Positions 27,282 through 32,000 of a stretch of 32,000 nt of DNA are shown here, one piece after another (within the stretch, counting starts at the first letter, position 1; every line of letters starts with the position of its first letter). The notes beneath the pieces were generated by a model. It saw only the letters and a program-made list of their open reading frames with translations, was not told the origin of the DNA and did not search any database. Both the position numbers and the translations under genes were made by a program. Source of the DNA: Raphidiopsis brookii D9. GTDB lineage: Bacteria; Cyanobacteriota; Cyanobacteriia; Cyanobacteriales; Nostocaceae. The stretch is taken from the NCBI GenBank assembly GCA_000175855.1, contig ACYB01000004.1:111801-143800 (forward strand), written 5' to 3'.

Positions 27282-27554
27282 TTAGGTCACAGTCCCATTT
27301 GCATCGTAGCCAACGATTTCGTCAGGACTTCTGGAATCAAGCTGAGGTAGAGTACGACAGCGGCGACTAATGTTCATAATGGCTGCAAATCTATCATCTG
27401 AACTCAGTTCCAGACTATTTTCTGTATTGTCACGACAGTTTTCTAACAAGGAAATTAATTCATCATTGATGGAGTGATGATGTGCCTCGGCTTGTCGTTT
27501 TACCCAGTTATATAAGTCAGTGGAAACACCTTCTAATGTAAAGGTTATCATCAT
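27282..27554 (-). CDS. FitA/VapB-like ribbon-helix-helix antitoxin
   Basis: MMITFTLEGVSTDLYNWVKRQAEAHHHSINDELISLLENC...PDEIVGYDANGTVT; C-terminal SPDEIVGYD-type motif, immediately upstream of the PIN toxin remnant. Confidence 0.7.
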   Translation of the reverse strand: MMITFTLEGVSTDLYNWVKRQAEAHHHSINDELISLLENCRDNTENSLELSSDDRFAAIMNISRRCRTLPQLDSRSPDEIVGYDANGTVT

Positions 27555-27584
27555 TTACATTGCCAAAAAGTATAGTGTGACCTT

Positions 27585-27621
27585 ATTTTACACGTTGATG
27601 ACAGCCTAAGTGAGATTCCTT
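27585..27621. repeat. 37-bp duplicated segment (copy A, right block)
   Basis: ATTTTACACGTTGATGACAGCCTAAGTGAGATTCCTT; 36/37 identical to 28716..28752. Confidence 0.95.
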
Positions 27622-28060
27622 ATCCGATGATAATTAATTCATCTCTGATTAGATGTAATTTAAACGCTGGTAAGGGTGACTGATCAAAGTAGTAGGCCTT
27701 AACAGCTTCAATGATGTTCTTCCTAAGTTCCTCCCAGGTGTCACCTTGAGTAAAAATTTCTTCTGTTAAACCTTTAGCAATAAACCCACCATCTTCTTCT
27801 TGTACCACCTCAACAATAAGAGTTTTTGAAGTATCTAGCTTCCCTGTCAATTCTTGACTAGAAGAGTTGATTGAAGAAATGTAATTGCCACTAGATTCCC
27901 CATAATCATACCATATGTTACTCACTTGCTTACCAGACAAGTTACTATCTAATCCTGTCTTTCTGTAGCTTTTCTTCAAGGAAGAAATTAAGCTAACCAC
28001 TTGTTTTTTTGCTTCATCTGGTAGAGATGAAATCTCGCTTAAAATTTCTTGGTTTGTCAT
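27620..28060 (-). CDS. Antitoxin-like protein: DUF2281-like N-terminus joined to a HicB-like C-terminus
   Basis: N-term MTNQEILSEISSLPDEAKKQVVSLISSLKK; C-term KTLIVEVVQEEDGGFIAKGLTEEIFTQGDTWEELRKNIIEAVKAYYFDQSPLPAFKLHLIRDELIIIG. Confidence 0.6.
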   Translation of the reverse strand: MTNQEILSEISSLPDEAKKQVVSLISSLKKSYRKTGLDSNLSGKQVSNIWYDYGESSGNYISSINSSSQELTGKLDTSKTLIVEVVQEEDGGFIAKGLTEEIFTQGDTWEELRKNIIEAVKAYYFDQSPLPAFKLHLIRDELIIIG

Positions 28061-28245
28061 ATATTCCTACCAATTTGGAACCGTAACGGAAACACAAATG
28101 TTCTAGGGTTTGAGATAGCTGATAGAAAGCTCAAGTCCTCACCGCTCCTTTGTTGGTAGGGTTGGGACTAACCTATTATAGTAAATTTGGCGATGGGAGG
28201 GAGGACCCGAAGGAGCGATCGCTTGCCCTAGGCATCAATGAGCAA

Positions 28246-28602
28246 TTAAAACTTGCTGCTATCACTTCGTTCGGGCATTAATTCAAATCCTGAATCAATA
28301 GGTGAGTATTTACAATGACAAATCACTATCATATCGAATCCCGTATCTGTAGCGTCTGGACTATAAGTTTCAACACTCACTACTTCCCAATCACTAGAGC
28401 GATAGTGGGTTTTGGCTTCAGGATATCCAGGATCTACAAACTGTTCTAGCTTGATGAATTCTGGTGGACGATAACCAACTTCAGGTATTTGACTATCAGA
28501 GCAATCATAGTGTTCAGCCAGGGTTTTAGTTAAAGAACCGGTATGGGCATACTTTCTATCTTCCCAACCTGGCTGCTGTTTGTGGACTCTAAATACAATC
28601 CA
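28246..28602 (-). CDS. Conserved hypothetical protein (likely true start [20 protein letters not shown])
   Basis: C-terminal part of track ORF 28246..28881 with a plausible internal start near 28602; the upstream part of that ORF is repeat plus foreign fragment. Confidence 0.5.
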   Translation of the reverse strand, partial: WIVFRVHKQQPGWEDRKYAHTGSLTKTLAEHYDCSDSQIPEVGYRPPEFIKLEQFVDPGYPEAKTHYRSSDWEVVSVETYSPDATDTGFDMIVICHCKYSPIDSGFELMPERSDSSKF

Positions 28603-28658
28603 TTTACGCATTTCTCTCTTCCTTTGTGTCGGAATGCGATTGCGGAAACTCAGTAAGA

Positions 28659-28752
28659 AATTAGGGCGATCGCCTTCCACCGGGGGGCAAATGCGGAAGA
28701 GGTATCTATGACCATATTTTACACGTTGATGACAGGCTAAGTGAGATTCCTT
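28659..28752. repeat. 94-bp duplicated segment (copy B; the 57-bp and 37-bp blocks are contiguous here)
   Basis: Contains both copy-A blocks with no spacer and 1 mismatch in each. Confidence 0.95.
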
Positions 28753-28881
28753 TTCCAGAAATACTAAACGTAATTGAGGACGAGACTGCAATATACGCAG
28801 AGCAGCAGCCAAGCCCACAATACCCCCGCCGACAACTAGTACATCACAGATTGAAGAAGAAGTGGGTAAGGTTGTGGTCAA
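28726..28881 (-). pseudogene. lhgO: Truncated L-2-hydroxyglutarate oxidase (LhgO)-like FAD-dependent oxidoreductase, N-terminal fragment
   Basis: [44 protein letters not shown], then the family-typical TGHNSGV... is absent. Confidence 0.75.
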
Positions 28882-29170
28882 GGGCGATCGCTTAGTTTTA
28901 TATAAAATATAAGTAGTTTTAGATAAAAATGTAAATAGACATAGTTATCCCCTGCACGGCTCAACTACTGAGTAGCGAGTTGCGGGGAAGGAACTGAGAT
29001 CCACTGGACCATCAAAGCTCAACTTCTGAATCTAAAAAAAGATATTAACTTGTGCGAGATTAACTTATCCTAGTCATGTCGTTTTACCGGACAACATAAT
29101 TACTATCATGAAACCCCGCACGATGCAACACTTAATTCCAAAATATTTTTAGGTGACTTTTTTACCCATT
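28882..29170 (-). repeat. Dispersed noncoding element, copy 3 of 3
   Basis: GTTTTAGATAAAAATGTAAATAGACATAGTTATCCCCTGCACGGCTCAACTACTGAGTAGCGAGTTGCGGGGAAGGAACTGAGATCCACTGGACCATCAAAGCTCAACTTCTGAATCT, plus distal ATGAAACCCCGCACGATGCAACACTTAATTC (29108..~29138). Confidence 0.92.
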
Positions 29171-29336
29171 TATAAAAGAACCCAGATGTTTCCATTTCAG
29201 AACCATCCTCCGCCTCCCCGACTTAACCTACTAAAAACTAACACGAAGAGCAATTCAAATCACTTGCTGATTTGGAGGGTAAATTCTAAGACTTAATCCC
29301 CTGTTGGGACAAAACAAAAATAGTTCGTAAAACCAT

Positions 29337-29780
29337 TTATTCCCCATACTCCTGCAAGAAAGCTGCAAAATCCCCTAAGGCTGATTGGGTTTGTTCTGTG
29401 GGATTGAGTTGATGTTGTATTTGGAGAACAACCCATCTATTTTGGATTCTAGCTTGGTGAGTCGCTCGTTCTCTTTCCTCAGTTCGCTCATTCTCAACTC
29501 GTGCCGTTTCCTCAATTCTTCGTTGCTCTGCTGCAGCCAGGCGGTCTGTTTCTCGATTTCGACGGTTCCACTCAACGCCGAAATTAACCATTGCCACCAC
29601 GAGGGCCGCCAAGGTGAGTCGGTTGCTCCAGACTCTGGGCTGGGTAATGTATCCGAGGACGCTGAAGTCTTGTTCGTCATAGAATCGTAGAAAGGCAACT
29701 GTAATGGTTAAAAATGTTAAAACTGTCCCCGGTAATAAAGACAGAAAATTTATCCAAGGTTGAGGGCTGAGTAGTTTCAT
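29337..29780 (-). CDS. Small membrane protein with two predicted hydrophobic segments and an Arg/Glu-rich coiled-coil region
   Basis: Plausible start MKLLSPQPWINFLSLLPGTVLTFLTITVAFL...LTLAALVVAMVNFGVEWNRRNRETDRLAAAEQRRIEETARVENERTEERERATHQARIQNRWVVLQIQ. Confidence 0.55.
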   Translation of the reverse strand: MKLLSPQPWINFLSLLPGTVLTFLTITVAFLRFYDEQDFSVLGYITQPRVWSNRLTLAALVVAMVNFGVEWNRRNRETDRLAAAEQRRIEETARVENERTEERERATHQARIQNRWVVLQIQHQLNPTEQTQSALGDFAAFLQEYGE

Positions 29781-29933
29781 TATAAACGAATCTGTAGAGG
29801 AAATGCCATCAGCTAGAAATATAACCCGTACGGGTATACCTTGGGCAGTGTAACAGGCGATCGCACCTCCACAACCCAATACTTCATCATCCGGGTGAGC
29901 AGCTATAACTAGAATAGATTTAATATCTTCTTG
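29781..29933 (-). pseudogene. PIG-L/LmbE-type deacetylase N-terminal fragment
   Basis: Reverse strand encodes KSILVIAAHPDDEVLGCGGAIACYTAQGIPVRVIFLADG (catalytic AHPDDE); an in-frame stop lies just upstream (29934..29936) and no C-terminal domain follows. Confidence 0.8.
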
Positions 29934-30115
29934 CTATCCAAAACAAAGTTACCTTATCACTTGGTAAAAAATTTGGTGGACATATATAGGATATTCAGGA
30001 GCATCAGGAGCAATAACCAGAAATTCGCTGAAGCAGACTATTCTTACCGGTGAGAATAACCAAGACGAACTGGAATACCGGCTTGTCTCATCTATTTTGG
30101 ATCCCCCCCAACCCC

Positions 30116-30124
30116 CTTAAAAAG
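30116..30124. repeat. Left 9-bp target-site duplication CTTAAAAAG
   Basis: Identical to 31775..31783. Confidence 0.9.
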
Positions 30125-31774
30125 CTATCCATTATAAACATTTTTCTTAACATGAAATTTGACAAAAAGGAGAAGTTATGCAGGGGGTAGAGAGACAAAA
30201 AATCATCAGTGACTCTAGTTTAGGAGCATGAGAAGAAACAGAGCTTAAAAAAAGTCTGATGTTATAAAATTGATTTCTGCTAAAAAACTGACAGGGGGAG
30301 GCTAATGATTAATTAACGACAAGAGACTGACAGATAAGCCAACCTTGAACAAGATCATGTAGTCTGCTCAATCCACGCCAGAGAACTTTGACACCAGGAG
30401 AACCATCACCTTTTCGACCTAAAAAACCACCCAATCGAGCAATCCAATTGACAACTTCAGCCAGAGTCGGTGGTGATGTGTGAGGATAAAGTTGGTGATG
30501 TATGGTGGCATAGAGAATTTGCCACTCATGAGTTTCTAGAACTTGTTCACAACTAGCATCTGGTGAACAACGAGCTAAATAAGTCAGCCACAACAAACGC
30601 CAAGCCACTATGCTGTAAGTGGCCAAAGCCATCTCTAATCTTTGCGCCGTTTCTAGTTGTAACTTCTCAATCCCACAACCACTTTTTAAGACATAATGAT
30701 AGCGTTCAATTAACCACCGATAACAATACCATTGCACATAGGTCTTCACATCTTCAAGACTGGTAATTTCTAATGTGGTCAGAAGTAACCAACTAATCGG
30801 TTCAACCTCTGTTGGTGGGTCAACTTCTGCGACTAAAATTGCCTGTAATGTAATGGGAGTTAGTTGTTCCTTTTTGGCTCGATTTTGTGGTGGTTGGATA
30901 GTAACTGTCTGATAACGAATCTCAAGTGTTGCTATTCTCGAAGGTCGAGTCGGATTGCGTTTGACCTCCACCGTCATTGTTCCTTGAGATTCCATAGATT
31001 CTAAGGTTGCCCATAAATGCTTCTCACCATCAACCAAACAGCGATTTTGAGTGGCGCGAATCACATAATCTGAGCTTTGACGACGAGGATAAGCAAATAA
31101 GTCATAAAAATCCGCTTCTCTGTCAGCAATTGTCACTACTTGTACTGATGAAGGAATAATTGAATCTGTTTTTTTCAAGCCATCAAGCCATTTTTGACTT
31201 TCTTTTTGTGCGGTTACTTTTTGTTTCCTTTGTTCTCCCTTTCCTAATTCCTCTTCTTTTCTTGACCACACCTGTTGCTCGATAATACCTAGTGGTATTC
31301 CCTGTGTGCTGACTGTTAATACTGAATGAACTTTTAATCCCAAGGCATATTTGTTATCCAAATATCCTATTCCTGATAGGGCTTTATGACTGGTGTAGTT
31401 TATTTCTGTTGTATCTTGTATCGCCAAGACTACCTGATGCTTGGCAATTCTCTCTACTGTTGCATCAAGATGTCCTTGTCTAATCATGGATGGTTTGATG
31501 TAGGGTGAGTCCCAGAAGTCATAAGTAGCCTTGGTTTGCGACCATGTTCCACTTGCTTGCGGTACACTGGCTTCTGGTGATGCACTCAGATTTGACACTA
31601 TTTTGATTAACCTTTTGGTTCTTCTTTTATCCCCTAACTCGGTTCTTTCCAGTTCTTGTGTGATCCACTCTTCCATTGACTGACTCTGATTTGACTCTGG
31701 GTATTTTCATACTCAATACACAATCCCTGGATTTTGTCAAATTTTATGTTAAGAAAGATGTGGGTAATGGATAG
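30125..31774 (-). mobile_element. IS4-family (IS50/Tn5-like group) insertion sequence, 1650 bp
   Basis: Ends CTATCCATTA...TAATGGATAG; 43-bp imperfect TIRs (38/43 identical), flanked by 9-bp direct repeats, encloses one transposase. Confidence 0.9.
30309..31676 (-). CDS. IS4-family transposase
   Basis: MEEWITQELERTELGDKRRTKRLIKIVSNLSASPEASVPQASGTWSQTKATYDFWDSP, IQDTTEINYTSH, VVTIADREADFYDLF, WYCYRWLIERYHYVLKSGCGIEKLQLETAQRLEMALA (DDE/YREK-type features). Confidence 0.93.
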   Translation of the reverse strand: MEEWITQELERTELGDKRRTKRLIKIVSNLSASPEASVPQASGTWSQTKATYDFWDSPYIKPSMIRQGHLDATVERIAKHQVVLAIQDTTEINYTSHKALSGIGYLDNKYALGLKVHSVLTVSTQGIPLGIIEQQVWSRKEEELGKGEQRKQKVTAQKESQKWLDGLKKTDSIIPSSVQVVTIADREADFYDLFAYPRRQSSDYVIRATQNRCLVDGEKHLWATLESMESQGTMTVEVKRNPTRPSRIATLEIRYQTVTIQPPQNRAKKEQLTPITLQAILVAEVDPPTEVEPISWLLLTTLEITSLEDVKTYVQWYCYRWLIERYHYVLKSGCGIEKLQLETAQRLEMALATYSIVAWRLLWLTYLARCSPDASCEQVLETHEWQILYATIHHQLYPHTSPPTLAEVVNWIARLGGFLGRKGDGSPGVKVLWRGLSRLHDLVQGWLICQSLVVN

Positions 31775-31783
31775 CTTAAAAAG
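31775..31783. repeat. Right 9-bp target-site duplication CTTAAAAAG
   Basis: Identical to 30116..30124. Confidence 0.9.
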
Positions 31784-31910
31784 GGAGGCTAATTCTTTTA
31801 ATTCTGTTTAAAATAGTTAGAGCTGCTCATGTTGTGATGGATGGAGTAAATGCTAGGGAGAAAGAAAAACCCATGGTACAGAACCTATTAAATTTAACGT
31901 GGGTTAATAG

Positions 31911-31945
31911 GCCATCTCGCAAGTGCGAGTGCTTGGCAATCGCAC
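31911..31945. repeat. Diverged copy of the 15808..15842 palindromic element
   Basis: GGCCATCTCGCAAGTGCGAGTGCTTGGCAATCGCA aligned to GGCGATCTCGCGAGTGCGAGTACTTCGCGATCGCC, about 6 mismatches in 35. Confidence 0.6.
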
Positions 31946-32000
31946 CCACTGTATTATGCATCAACAGACCTCACAATATAAATTTTACACATGGTGTTTA

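Noticed and set aside
29375-29698. Minus-strand 107-aa ORF overlapping 29337..29780 in another frame
   Set aside because: The alternative frame (two hydrophobic segments, then an Arg/Glu-rich coil) looks more protein-like; the coil in the rejected frame is probably a frame echo. Kept as uncertain, not as a gene.
1544-30766. Other plus-strand ORFs of about 60-138 aa (e.g. 2534..2782, 11270..11542, 13299..13532, 13674..14003, 19252..19596, 21434..21850, 29385..29690, 30563..30766)
   Set aside because: All are antisense to well-supported minus-strand genes and show no family motifs or sensible gene organisation.
30290-31793. GGGAGGCTAAT occurs both inside the IS (about 30296) and just outside its right end (31784)
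   Set aside because: Considered as an alternative element boundary, but the 43-bp TIRs with a perfect 9-bp TSD at 30116/31775 explain the ends better; the 11-mer may be coincidence.
1-32000. CRISPR array, tRNA, rRNA or phage/defence operon
   Set aside because: No regularly spaced repeats, no recognisable tRNA/rRNA sequence and no phage structural or restriction/defence genes seen; the only defence-like items are orphan antitoxin fragments.

Overview
This window looks cyanobacterial: it carries HIP1 GCGATCGC octamers, and several proteins resemble typical cyanobacterial families. About 26.7 kb is a densely packed, entirely minus-strand surface-polysaccharide / sugar-nucleotide locus. Reading in the direction of transcription (high to low coordinate), it has three parts. 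(a) A near-complete GDP-type legionaminic-acid-like module: legB, legC, legG, legI, an acetyltransferase, a ptmE-like CBS-nucleotidyltransferase and a legF-like CMP-sugar synthetase, plus a PhyH dioxygenase, an extra DegT aminotransferase, a methyltransferase and a putative transferase. (b) A less familiar module at about 8.4-14.65 kb: FAH-family enzyme, a KdsB-like cytidylyltransferase fused to an HpcH/HpaI aldolase, Gfo/Idh/MocA oxidoreductase, SDR, a divergent AroB-like sugar-phosphate cyclase and a D-2-hydroxyacid dehydrogenase, preceded by a GmhA-like isomerase. This is the best candidate for an undescribed pathway. (c) Decorating enzymes (methyltransferases, NAD-epimerase, a large transferase) and a CDP-hexose branch (rfbG, epimerase, rfbF, truncated DegT aminotransferase). 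From 26.8 to 30.1 kb there is a mosaic of gene fragments (PIN toxin start, L-2-hydroxyglutarate oxidase N-terminus, PIG-L N-terminus), orphan antitoxin-like genes and duplicated segments. An intact 1650-bp IS4-family element follows (30125..31774), with 43-bp imperfect terminal inverted repeats and a 9-bp target duplication. A two-block noncoding element occurs three times in the same orientation, each time just upstream of a minus-strand gene; two of the copies bracket the legionaminic module. The SDR gene has an apparent 1-nt frameshift in a G run at its Rossmann motif. All family assignments come from reading the sequence; no database search was run.
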